DNA from: Nemertoderma westbladi
Taxonomy: Eukaryota > Animalia > Xenacoelomorpha
Length of the DNA stretch: 64,000 nt
Reading direction: 5' to 3'
NCBI GenBank assembly: GCA_032718475.1
Contig: JAUCBJ010008367.1
Span: 1 to 64,000 of the forward strand
A program made the position numbers and the translations under genes. The notes under the pieces were generated by a model that did no database searches, was not told the origin of the DNA, and worked only from the letters and a program-made list of their open reading frames with translations. Shown here piece by piece: positions 27,001 through 38,696 of this stretch (the first letter of the stretch is position 1; every line of letters begins with the position of its first letter).

Positions 27001-28813
27001 TTATTAATTAATCTGGACACCCCCCAGTCGGGGTAAATGGGAAAAACCTAAGTAATTATATATTAAATTGCACGGAATCTAAAATTTATAAATTATTAAA
27101 AATATTAATATATGGTCTAAAGTAATTAGTTATTGAGAGGATAAGGTGGATATTGTTGGGCATTTGTCGCAGACTAGGGCATGGTATCGGTTCTTTGCGG
27201 ATTGCAGACAGAAACGACATATACAGTCAATACATGGATCGTGGTAGGATTTATTTTCACACAGCTTGAAATGAAACCCGTGTGATGTGGTTCTTGTTGC
27301 TAGGTGACGGTGTCGTTGGCCGCTGCGTTTCCAGCTAGATGATTGGAACGCAGGGCCCAGCTGGTATTGTTCTGCATTGAAATTTGCATTGCGATCGTTT
27401 CTGGAAGTGTTCTACTGTTCTAGAATTGCTGGGTTAAATATGCCTGGGAATTTAAGAACAATGTCATTAGTTAAGGTTTCTTCGTTGATTAATTTCAAAG
27501 CGAGCGTGGAGGATGAGGAGATGTGTAGGCCGAGTAACCGTTTTATAAATGTAGATTTTATTTTGTCGATTTCCTTTAGTTGGGGCAGTGTAAGCAGGGG
27601 ACCAAACTCGGATATTGCGTACGTTGTCATTGGGAAAATCTTCATTTGAAATATTTTCATTCCGGTTTGTACAGAAACTAGATACAGGTTTTTAAGAGAG
27701 CCAATGGCGGAATATGCCTTTTCCTTTTTTGCTTTAATGTGCTTTGTGAACGTCAGAGTTGGTTGTAGGGTGAGTCCCAGATACTCGTAATGGTCACAGA
27801 TTGTTACAGATCGCCTTGTAAGAAACCGAGTATTTGTCGGATTGCATTTGATAGACGTAACCCATCATAGATTTGTATGAAATTTACTTTCAGTATTGAT
27901 TTGATGATGTTGTATAGTTTCCCTTTGACACCGAAATCGTGGTAGAGTTTATGGAAAAAAAATATTTCGGCTGGTGGAGTCGAAGGCCTTCCGAAAGTCT
28001 ACGAAAGCCACATAGACTCGTCCCTCAGAGTCAACTAGAGACGAGATTTCGGAAAGGAGGAGTTTAATTGCGTCAGTTGTAGATTTGCCCGGGGTAAACC
28101 CAAATTGTTCTAGTGGTAAACGATGTAAGAGTCTGAGTAGTAAACGCTTGTTTATAATGGAGGTAAATATCTTGAGAATGACGCTTAGAAGCGCTATGCC
28201 GCGGTAATTATCTGGATTGGTAATTTTACCCTTTCCTTTGTATAGAACCTTGATGAAACTGGACATCCAAACTTCTGGGATTGAGCCTAGATTGAGACAC
28301 GTGTTATAAAGTAGGACTAAGAGGTGAATAATAAACGGTAGTCCTTGTTTAAGGTGTTCGTAGTAAATACGATCGGGTCCGCTAGCTTTACGGTTAGCTG
28401 CGTGGTTAATAGTATTTTCTACTTCAGCGGCCGTGATTGGGGCATTATACCATTCATCACTGTTGGTTTCATAATTTGATGTTTCTGGGATGTCGGGAGT
28501 ATTTAACTGGTCATTTAAGTGACTTAAAAGATTCTCAAAATGAGTTTCAAGTTTATCCATTGGTATAGGTGCTACATTGTTTGGTTTGCCTTCTCTCAGC
28601 AAAGTCCATGGTGTAATTTCAGTTTGAGCTATACGTTCTAGAAGGCGATCTTCCTCATAAATTTCACGTTTGTATTTCAGCAGTTTTTTGTATTCACGGC
28701 GTGCTTCCCAGAAAATGTCTTTGTCAGTAGTAGAGAAATTCCTTTTTGAGAACAAATGCAGCATGTGTACTTTGCGGTCACGACATTCGTTGTTGAACCA
28801 TGGTTTTCCGTTT
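27001..28813 (-). mobile_element. Non-LTR retrotransposon (LINE), 5'-truncated, with RT core deleted and a C-terminal Cys/His domain
   Basis: KASGPDRI, NYRGIALL, QFGFTPGKST, FVDFRKAFDS and GFLQGD jump directly to YEYLG, so no YADD motif. C-terminus reads HGFHFKLC...YH...CICRFC...YHALVC. 14-bp TSD GATTTTCCCCTTTA at 26987-27000 / 28814-28827. Confidence 0.85.
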
Positions 28814-28879
28814 GATTTTCCCCTTTAGAGGATACAATTTTTCTCGCGTCGAAAGCCCCCCTATATGTCTTCTTGATGT

Positions 28880-29366
28880 TTCGGACCTTCGTATTGATTT
28901 TTCGGACCTCCGTCCCATTCGGACCTCCGTCCCATTCGGACCTCCGTCCTATTCGGACCTCCGTCCTATTCGGACCTCGTCCTACTCGGAGATCCATCGT
29001 ATTCGGACTTCTGTCCCATTTGGACCTCCATCCCATTCGCACCTCGTCCTATTCGGACCTCCGTCCCAATCGGACCTTTTCCTATTCGAACCTTCGTCTT
29101 CATTTTTCGGACCTCCGTCCCAATCGGACCTTTTCCTATTCGAACCTTCGTCTTCATTTTTCGGACCTCCATCCCATTCGGACCTCGTCCTATTCGGACC
29201 TCCGTCCTATTCGGACCTCCGTCCTATTCGGACCTCCTTCCTATTCGGACCTCCGTCCTATTCGGGCCTCCGTCCTATTCGGACCTCCGTCCCATTCGGA
29301 CCTCCGCCCCATTCGGGCCTCCGTCCCATTCGTACCTCGTCCCATTCGGACCTTCGTCCTGGAACC
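28880..29366. repeat. ~17-bp tandem array (TTCGGACCTCCGTCCYA), probably one arm of a subrepeat-TIR DNA element
   Basis: Direct repeats ending in ...CCTTCGTCCTGGAACC; a related inverted unit CGAAGGTCCGAATGAGACG sits near 984-1002. Confidence 0.85.
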
Positions 29367-29616
29367 GATAACAAAGGAATCATCCGAGCTGTTGCAGGTT
29401 GGATAGGCATATTTATTCAGCAGCTCATTATAGCATCTTATAATTCATTTGCTTTAAAGATTAATGTCTACGACATGCTATTTTCTCAATAAGAAATCCT
29501 ATAAATATTATATTATATTTTTGACAAAGAGTTGGATTATAGGCGAAAATTAAAATGGATTAATTATTTATGCGTGTATACCATATCGAACCTTTTACGT
29601 AGGTAAATTTACCGCA

Positions 29617-29767
29617 TGACGGATGTTGAGCTGGGGTCCATTAAATATAAGCGTGGTTATGCAAATCAGTATATTAGTCAGACAACAGTATATATGATCG
29701 AGCAAACATTAGGCCTAATCTAAACAGAAATTGGGTAGTCCAGTACATAAAACAGAAGTACTACACA
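29617..29767 (-). repeat. Gypsy 3' LTR
   Basis: 150/151 identical to 35761-35911. Confidence 0.95.
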
Positions 29768-30446
29768 TACTTATTCCCAAGGGTTGCCAGGCAACCAGTT
29801 ATACAACTAGAAAGCCAGCAAGCTGGCTGGAAGGAGCCCGGGGGAAAAATCCTAGCCAAGACTATTACAAAGAACTATGTCAGTCAGCAGTAAGTAAACT
29901 AAAATTGTCTAAACTGCAAGGCGTGAGGCTAGCTGACTTTGTGGCTCGCCCCACATAATAAAAAATGCAACTTAGCTACCACTAACAAAAATATAATATG
30001 AAGCAAATAATTTCATTACCAAGAACGTTTACAAGATATAAGATGCGATTACCGAATATTTATAAAAAATGCCCATGATGCACAACCAGATAAATAACAA
30101 CGAATAGAGCCAAATAACAAATTTAGTTTCCTTCTATAGGTATTACCCCGTCGTCAAGCGGAATATCTCTTCCCAGTGAATTCTATGTGAATATGTAATA
30201 TAGGTACTCCTTAGGCGGTAGGCCAGAGCGGGCTCCTTAAATACATGCAACTACTGTATTATAGTGTAGGTCAACTATAAAACATTTTGCAATCCACAGT
30301 GAGTATCGACTGCAATAGGACACAACACACTGCTTTGTGTAACTAAAATTCATTCTCCTGATCCACCCCCTAACATAGCAGAGTGAGTAACCTTATTGTA
30401 GATATACCCTTAGGAAGCACTGGGAGAGCAATCAGCTTATGGGGTA

Positions 30447-30649
30447 ATACATTAGAAACCAACAGCTTATGTGTGAGTAAACATTGCCTTTCCTTATAGC
30501 CTACTAGTAAAACTTGGCAACCAACACGTTTTTCTATGACTGTGTATATACATTAGAAACCAACAGCTTATGTGTGAGTAAACATTGCCTTTCCTTATAG
30601 CCTACTAGTAAAACTTGGCAACCAACACGTTTTTCTATGACTGTGTATA
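30447..30649. repeat. Two-copy 101-bp tandem duplication in the Gypsy 3' noncoding region
   Basis: ATACATTAGAAACC...CTATGACTGTGT starts at 30447 and again at 30548. Confidence 0.9.
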
Positions 30650-31198
30650 ACATATTAAGCCATATTTCATCATGAACACCAGCTGTTATTTTACCATTGC
30701 TTTTAATTTCGCGACAAAACAATGTCAAAAAACTAAATATATCGAATACCACACATAGAATCGATCTGAAATTTTGTAACGCGATTATGAACCTCAAAAG
30801 CAATGTACTTGCAAAATTTCATCAAAATCGCCAGGCAGGAAGTGCCTTAACCTAGATAATTATCAGTCAGTCAGTGTCAGTCAATGTAATGTATCCTGAA
30901 GATTCTTACAGTAAGTATCCCGCTGTCAAGCGGGCTCCTAATAATATAGTGACATGTGAAGAGATGTGTTACTCTGCAACCATGTAAACAAAGGAGTTTG
31001 CAAAATAAGTTTATAGGGGGTAATGGAATATAATTAAAAATACTATAATCAAATAGGTTGTTATTGAGAAAATTTTTTCATTTTGGGTGACTTGACTATT
31101 CGTTATTCTCCTGTTCTTTCAAGTTGCGGTGCAGTAAAAATAGTTATTTGAAACCTAATGGATAAAAGGTGGTGCGGCTTCCGGATTGTATCGCCGTG

Positions 31199-34100
31199 TT
31201 ACAGATCCGGAAAGCCATAGCGTTGGGGTGGTCGTATTTCACGTCCAGAACGGGTAGTTGGGTGTTCTGGTTGGCTCGTGCGGGGTGTTGCGGTCCGTTT
31301 GACGATATCGGACCAGGTCGGGGCCGACGCCATGGGTGGGGGTGTGGGTTCTGGGGTGACTACGCGGCTGGGTTCGGGGTTTGGTGGGGGTGCTTTGGGA
31401 GCATTCGGGGTGGGTATCGTGGGCCCACCTAACGAGGTAGTGCGTGGGCGGAGTAAGACTCGGTTTCTCCGGAGGACGCGGCCACTGTCCTGGCGAACCA
31501 TATAGTCATGGTTATCCAGCGCCTCCACTACTACCCCCTGTCCTGTCCAGCGCTTGGTGTCGGCGTCCTGGATGATAACGGGTGTCCCTATGGAAATGAC
31601 CCGGAGGGGGCGAGTGCGTTGGTCATAGGCCGCACGCAGGTTAGATTTGGTTTGTTCCGCGACCTCGTCGAGCTCCTGGAAGCACTTCCTCCATTTGGGG
31701 TCGAACGAACTGAAGTGGGCGGGCAGGGCCTCCCGTATATTGCACCCGTAGAGGAGTTCCGCTGGTGAGCGACCTCCATAACGCGAGGTGTTGCGGAACC
31801 CAAGGACGCCCTGGGCGATGCTGTCGACGTCATGGTTAGCACCCCGGACGATTCTCTTCATCGCCTTGACGGCAGATTCGGCATGGCCGTTAGTGCGAGG
31901 CAAGTGGGGCGACGATGGATTGAGGTGAACTCCCCAGTTTTTCAGGAAAGTCTTTACGGCCTCCGAGTTGAACTGGGGACCACCGTCTGGGTGGAATTCC
32001 AGAGGGACGGCAGTGGCCAGGAAGAGGAGTCGGAGGTTTGTAATGATGGCTGCGGACGTAGTGTCAGAGCCGAGGCGGGCTAAAGTGGGCCATCCAGTGT
32101 ACTCGTCGGTGGCCACCATGTAGTGGATGCCGTCGGCTACGAAGAGGTCAGCATGGATCCTCTGGAACGGGCGGGTGGCGTCCGGGGTTCGTTGGAGGGG
32201 TTCCGGTGCCTGGGATGGTAGGGAGGATTGACACGACTGGCATCGTTCGATAGCAACGGCGATGTCGTTAGATATGGTGGGCCACCAGACGGACCGACTA
32301 GCACGCTCCCGGGTTTTATTGAGCCCTTGGTGGGCGGCGTGTAGTAGACGAAGGGTGTTGTGGCGTAGTTCCTTCGGTATGTAAAGTTGTGGTCCACGAA
32401 GTATGATGCCATCGTGGACCATGAGTTCAGAGCGGTGCTGAAAGTATGGGCGTATATCGTCGTTCGTGATATTGTGGCGGGAGGTTGGCCAGCCATCCCG
32501 TATTGTGGCGAGGAGTGCCACATAAGTTGGGTCGCGATTCCCCATGGAACGGATCTCCTGTAGACGGGCGTCCCGGGCGTCGATTGTAAGGGTTGTCTGG
32601 GCAATGGCCGCGGAGACAATGAACTCCCGGTCACTGTCGTCGTCGCCAGTGAGTACGAGGTCATCCGGGGTAGGTTTGTGCCGGGGGGAGCGCGAGAAAG
32701 CGTCGGCGACGAGGTGCTTGGCGCCCTTTTGGTGGCGGGCAGTGAAGTTGAAACGCAAGAGGGCTGTTTTCAACTTCAGGAGCCGGTCATTGGACACTTG
32801 GTCTAAACGCCTGTCATTCAGGATGGGTATAAGGGGGCTACTGTCGGTAACCAGTTCGAAGTGGTTTAGACCATCCAGGAAGTAGCGGCACTTGTGTGCC
32901 GCCCAGGCTGCACCGAGGGCCTCCAGTTCGGCCATCCCAGACCAGTTTGCCTCGTGCTTGGCGAGGGTCCGAGAGCCGCACTGGATGGTAAGCCAGTGGT
33001 TTGAAGAGGGGTCCCATTGTCGTAGAAGGAAGCCGATACCATTGAGGCGCGAGGCATCAGTTAGGAGTTCGGTTCTTCTATCGGGATGAAAGCCCGAGAG
33101 GTAGGATGGGCTGGAGAGGGTGGCCCGGGTGGCCTCGAATGCGTCCTGGTGCTGTGGCAGCCAAACCCAGGCGGCGCGGTCCGTATTAAGGCTGCGGAGT
33201 GGCTCGACGAGTTTGGAGATTTCGGCCGTCGAATTTCCCAGCTGTTGGGCAAGGCCGAGGAAGGAGCGGAGGTCCCGGCGGTTGTTAGGGACCGGGAAGT
33301 GGCGGAGATCTTCAGTAAGGGTGGGGTCGATCCGATAGAGTCCGTGGCTGACGAGGTAGCCGCCGAAACGGACCTTGGGGAGGCAGTACTGAACTTTATC
33401 GGTGTTCAGCGATATGTTGGCAGTGTCGCACGCAGCTAGGACCTTGGCAACTGCCTCGGGGTGTTCCTCGGCGCTGTCTGTATATATAATGACGTCCTCC
33501 ACTATGCGCCCAATGTTGGGTATTCCGTGGAGGGCCCGGGCCATCCTGGCGTTAAATACGTCAGAACTGCCATGCCACCCCATCGGCATACGGCGGTATC
33601 GGAAGCGGCCGCGGGGGGTGGCGAACGTGGTGAGTCGGCGACTGGCGAGGTCTAGTCCCACCTGGTGAAATCCCTTTAGGCCGTCGAGGACAGTGAAATA
33701 GCGCGCTGACGTGGGGATTTTAGAGATGACGTGAAAGGGGGAGGGGGAGAAGTAACTCGGGCGGATGGTGGCTTTATTTAATTCCCGTAAGTCGACCGTT
33801 ATGCGGACTTTGGTGGGGTCACTTTTCTTCCGCGTAACGACCATCGGGCTAAGCCACTCGCCCGGGTTATTCTCATCACCGGCGGGCTCAAGGATGCCCA
33901 TTGCGATCTGGGCATCGAGTTCCCGATTGAACGCGGCCTCCAAGTTTATCGGAATAGCTCGGTTCGTGTACGATTGGTGTGGTTGGACACCTGGGATGAG
34001 CTTTATAGTAAGTTCCCCTCCAGTCATCACTCGGCACTGCCCTGATAGAGGACGAGGGAAGCGGCGATGGAGGGCTTCCCAGTCAGTCAGGGTGGATGAT

Positions 34101-35678
34101 GTTGGGGTATGCGGAGTATGGGGTAGGGTTTGTGGTGGGTAGATAGGGGTTGGTGGGTTAGCAGTTTTAGGCGGTGGTGGTTTGTGGGTGGCATTTGGTG
34201 GCAGTTGTGTGGTGGGCTTGGTTTGCTCGATCGAGTTCACTGTTGCGGATAAGTTGCCACCTCGGAGGATGGGACTCCGCAGGATTCCCAGGGTGAAGCA
34301 CACCCGTCGCGAGAGGAGGGGTTGTTGCAACCCATCCAGGACCCAGAGGTCGGTTGTACAGGCTGTGCCGAGGGCGGTGCACTGGAGGGTGGCATTGAAT
34401 ATCCCCTTAAAAGTCCAACCAGCGCGGCTCCCATTTGCGAGCCGAGGCGCCTGTGGAGTGTCGGATTCCCTGTGCCCCGACATTGGGTTGCCGTCGGGGT
34501 GGCGGAGGTTCTCGAATCGGCCCCCGAACGCTCGGTAGATTCGCCAAGGGATAGTCGTTACGTTGGCTCCGGAGTCCGGGAGGAATTGTAGCTCCGGGAT
34601 GCCACGGGTGGGGTCCTTGGTGACCTGGAAACCGATAGTCACAGTCTCCAGGGGTTCTAGTCTCTCGGTAGCGGAGACGGCCGGAACGGCGTCAAAGTTA
34701 AGGCCGTCCAATATGGTGGTCCATATTTGGGCATGGTAAGTGGACTCATTGGTGTGCCGGAGTTCGGCTGGTTCCTGGTCCGTGGAGTTTGTCTGTGGGT
34801 CTCGAGTGGCGCCCATTGGGCGGCTGCGGCACATACGGTCGTAGTGCCCAACCTGGTTGCAGTGCCGGCAGCGGGCTGTGGCACCCGGGCAACGTTTGCC
34901 GGACTGATGCGGTGGATAACCGCATTGGGGGCACTTGGAGCTGGCGATGGGGCGCGCCTTGGGCGACCCTTGGGGGCGCCGAGGTAAGGCTGCAATACGG
35001 TTGGCGGCGGCGGCAGCGAGGGGCTGTGGTGGGAGACCAAGTGACGCCGCGTCTTTCCTGGCTGACCAGACGGCTTGGGAGAGCCGGAGGGCGTCACTGA
35101 GGGAACAATCGTTGGGGAGTCGTAGAAGTTGTTCAGTAACTTCCTTGTCCCCGAATCCCGAAATGAACTGATCCAGGAGTCGGTCTTCTTGGTGGGCCTC
35201 CTTGGATGCAAGTGGGGTAAAAGCACATTTGGTGGCCAGGTCCCTAAGGGCGACGAGGAACGACTCGGGACTCTCCTCTGGGAGGCGGTGGCGTCGGGCC
35301 AGTTGTTGTCGGTGAACTCGTCGGTTGGTTCCCCCATCGATATGTTGTCCCAACCGGTCGATCACCACTTCGGGATTCGCGTTTTCCTCGGCAGTAAGGG
35401 CGAGCCCCTTGACTACGGCGTTTGTGGCGCGAGAGAAGGCCGTTGTAAGAGTCGCACGGTGGAGGTGTAACGTGGATCGTTTAAAGTCCTCGGTAATCGC
35501 ATCGACGGGGGGTCGTTGCCGGGTCGGATATATAGAGGTTGCGGAGTCCGGATGTGGCGAGAAAGGCGTTCCATTCGTCTTTCCAGAGCTCCCAAGTTGC
35601 CTTTTCCGATTCGATATCGAAGGTGGGCGGGGAGCTACGTAGCACGAATATATGTGGGTTGCGTGGATCTGTTGCCAT
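31199..35678 (-). CDS. Gypsy gag-pol polyprotein with one frameshift near 35510
   Basis: Gag N-terminus MATDPRNP...PPTFDIE..TWELWKDEW is in the 35481-35678 frame and the rest is in the 1502-aa ORF frame. Double knuckle CPQCGYPPH...CRHCNQVGHYDRMC, protease PDSGA, RT LDGLKGFHQ/RMPMG/IVED, RNase H TDAS, integrase H-H-C-C and DGGPQF. Confidence 0.88.
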
Positions 35679-35750
35679 ATCCGGATATCAGGGGATTGAA
35701 CAGTCAAACTGTGGTAGACCGTAGGTCCGGATTATCAGCGTGTCCGTAAA

Positions 35751-35760
35751 CACTGCGCCA
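35751..35760 (-). promoter_or_regulatory. tRNA primer-binding site (TGGCGCAGTG; tRNA-Ser-like by recollection)
   Basis: TGG directly follows the 5' LTR on the minus strand. Confidence 0.8.
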
Positions 35761-35911
35761 TGACGGATGTTGAGCTGGGGTCCATTAAATATAAGCGTGG
35801 TTATGCAAATCAGTATATTAGTCAGACAACAGTATATATGATCGAGCAAACATTAGGCCTAATCTAAACAGAAATTGGGTAGTCCGGTACATAAAACAGA
35901 AGTACTACACA
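35761..35911 (-). repeat. Gypsy 5' LTR
   Basis: Adjacent to the PBS and followed by TSD CCGCA. Confidence 0.95.
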
Positions 35912-36982
35912 CCGCACGTTTTACGATCGTTTACATTTTACTTTGTTTTTTTACTACCTAATTTATTGCCCCCCTTTGATTCCCTTTATACACAGCCAGA
36001 CATCCCGCTATAGGGTTCACCATGATGCCGGTAGATATCTCACTTGCTCGTCTGTCCATCAATATAGTTAAATGCGTAAGTAGTATAGAGAACCACGATA
36101 GTGGCGCACATTGACACTGTAATTAAAAAAGTGATTTCCAGTAAAGATCGGTCGAAATGATAAATATAAGGCCCGTTTCACCACCCTACGGAGGTCGTGG
36201 GTTCGATCCCCGCATCTGGACCAGGGCAGTCTTCGTTTCGGCATGAATGCTTAAAGGGACTAGCCAGCAGGGCGCATCTCTTTATTACGTTTTAGACAAA
36301 TTATTGATATTTTGGTACTCTTATTGCGCTGGTATATCGTCATATTGGCCACCATTAATGGGGGAAGTCAATGAGGAGATAATTGAAACGGTTGACAATA
36401 TTAAAATAATGAAAATACGCATTAACATAAGCACGGGCAACAGTTTTTGGAATATATAATATATAATAATATATATCTTCGACCATTTATTAGTAATGTC
36501 ATTAGTGTAGCGAGGCAAAAAAGTCGCAAATAATTAGAAAAGTATCAAAATTGCACAGATTGTTGTAAATTCTTTTAATTGAGTCCAGCCAATTGAAGTG
36601 TACTGGTGTATATGGGGGTGACGTCACATTAACATGTACAGGTCGCAGTTGACGCATTTCTTATCTAAATTTATTATCATTACTCGAGAAAGGTACTACA
36701 TAGTTTATCAATAATAATTAAAGTATTGCATTTTTAAAAATTATCATGATAAAGGTAATTAATGTTTAGATAAATAAAATCACATGAAAACGATGTAAAA
36801 ATAGTGATTACACGCATCGATTGGTATAAGAAATTATCGAGAGACTTAAAGAGATTAGATATTGCCGCAATAGGGGCTGCAGTGCACTTGTAATAGCAAC
36901 CTAAGTGCTTTGAGATATTTGATCGAAAAACCCGGATCCGCGGATTTCTCGGCTACGCGATGGAATTGCGTTGACTGGGGGT

Positions 36983-37092
36983 GATATCGCTGTAACTTAG
37001 ATATCGCTGTAACTTAGATATCGCTGTAACTTAGATATCGCTGTAACTTAGATATCGCTGTAACTTAGATATCGCTGTAACTTAGATATCGC
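36983..37092. repeat. Perfect 17-bp tandem array, ~6.5 units
   Basis: (GATATCGCTGTAACTTA)n. Confidence 0.95.
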
Positions 37093-37264
37093 GCTGGAAC
37101 CGTAGGTTCAATATTATCGCGATCACGAGAAGGTGGTCCCGATCGCTTTGAGCCGCTGGCCCGGTTGGTTGCGGATTCTATATGGATAACTGCCCGGGTG
37201 ATGTCATAGGTTGTTGTTTACAGGCGCGTTTGCGATAAAATCCATTCGTTCCTTAAAGAATGAG

Positions 37265-37771
37265 AAATAATATTATTTAGAAATAAACGTTTAAGTTACA
37301 ACGGAATAATATTATTTAGAAATAAACGTTTAAGTTACAACGGAATAATATTATTTAGAAATAAACTTTTAAGTTACAACGGAATAATATTATTTAGAAA
37401 TAAACGTTTAAGTTACAACGGAATAATATTATTTAGAAATAAACGTTTAAGTTACAACGGAATAATATTATTTAGAAATAAACGTTTAAGTTACAACGGA
37501 ATAATATTATTTAGAAATAAACGTTTAAGTTACAACGGAATAATATTATTTAGAAATAAACGTTTAAGTTACGACGGAATAATATTAATTAGAAATAAAC
37601 GTTTAAGTTACAACGGAATAATATTATTTAGAAATAAACGTTTAAGTTACGACGGAATAATATTAATTAGAAATAAACGTTTAAGTTACAACGGAATAAT
37701 ATTATTTAGAAATAAACGTTTAAGTTACAACGGAATAATATTATTTAGAAATAAACGTTTAAGTTACAACG
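37265..37771. repeat. 39-bp tandem array, ~13 units
   Basis: (GAATAATATTATTTAGAAATAAACGTTTAAGTTACAACG)n with few variants and no spacers. Confidence 0.95.
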
Positions 37772-38696
37772 ATCCACCATATTGATTTTTATCGCAAGCT
37801 CGATTGCCGCTTTTCTTACAGATCTGCCAATTAACTAGCTGGTGGAGCTTGCGCACCGCGAAAGAAGCTCTCTAACTTCAGACGACTGTTCAACTGTCCA
37901 CGTCTTCGTTCAAGTTACACTCAAACTAATGTATATACATCAATAATGTATATAACATAAATGACCTTTATTGGCTTTATTATGTTCTCTGAGTTAATGA
38001 CTGTTAGGACTGCTTACCTTAAAAGTCACTATCTAACTATGTATGTATGTATATAGGGTGAACTCCTCTGAAGGTATAGTTTGAAATATATATATAGCTA
38101 TGTATAGGTAGTTTCGAAAAAATTATTAAGGTTTCTTTTTATTTCGAAAATTGCCCCATCTTAACACGAAAATTTCCGAAGGCTCAATGATAGCTCAATA
38201 TTAGTTTTGCATGCTTCGCTCGCCCCTGCCCAGACCTCCCCCCCACCCCCCCCCACCCCACCACCCCCCACCCCCCCACCCCCCCCCCCCCCCCGATTTA
38301 CAATTCAAGACTACTACGCCACAGTATGTAATAGGGGAATTGGAGAGGGGGCTCCCTTCCAGGTGGGTCCCAGGCCTCCCACCGGCTTAATACGTCCCTG
38401 AAAATAAGCTGCTGCTGTTTTGCGACTAAAATTCACATTTTATTAGCAATACGCTGTTCTACTCCAAAGCAATAGTAGGGAGTAAATATTTTGCAAGTCT
38501 TCCTTGAACAAAACTCGCGAAACATACGCCCTAATGCGTTTGGTTTCGGTACAACATCATTACTTGAGATGTGACCAATAGAAATGGTTTTCCTTGTTCT
38601 AATACAGCTGGCCCCGTTGTTCAAAAGGTAAACAATGACAAATTTGACTTATGATCTAGTGATGTTTTTGCAATCCTCTTCTTAGAACTCACCAGG

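Larger units (their letters stand above)
29617..35911 (-). mobile_element. Complete Ty3/Gypsy LTR retrotransposon (Mag-like), 6.3 kb
   Basis: 151-bp LTRs (29617-29767, 35761-35911) with TG...CA ends and one mismatch; 5-bp TSD CCGCA; PBS TGGCGCAGTG; gag-PR-RT-RH-IN order. Confidence 0.96.

Noticed and set aside
28677-29492. ORFs of 121-230 aa on both strands
   Set aside because: They are translations of the 17-bp tandem array
36170-36240. tRNA gene (B-box GGTTCGATCC at 36200); same for 3688-3773
   Set aside because: No convincing cloverleaf; at most SINE-derived
38207-38401. Proline-rich ORF
   Set aside because: A C-rich low-complexity tract near a CAGGG-type MITE end, not a credible gene
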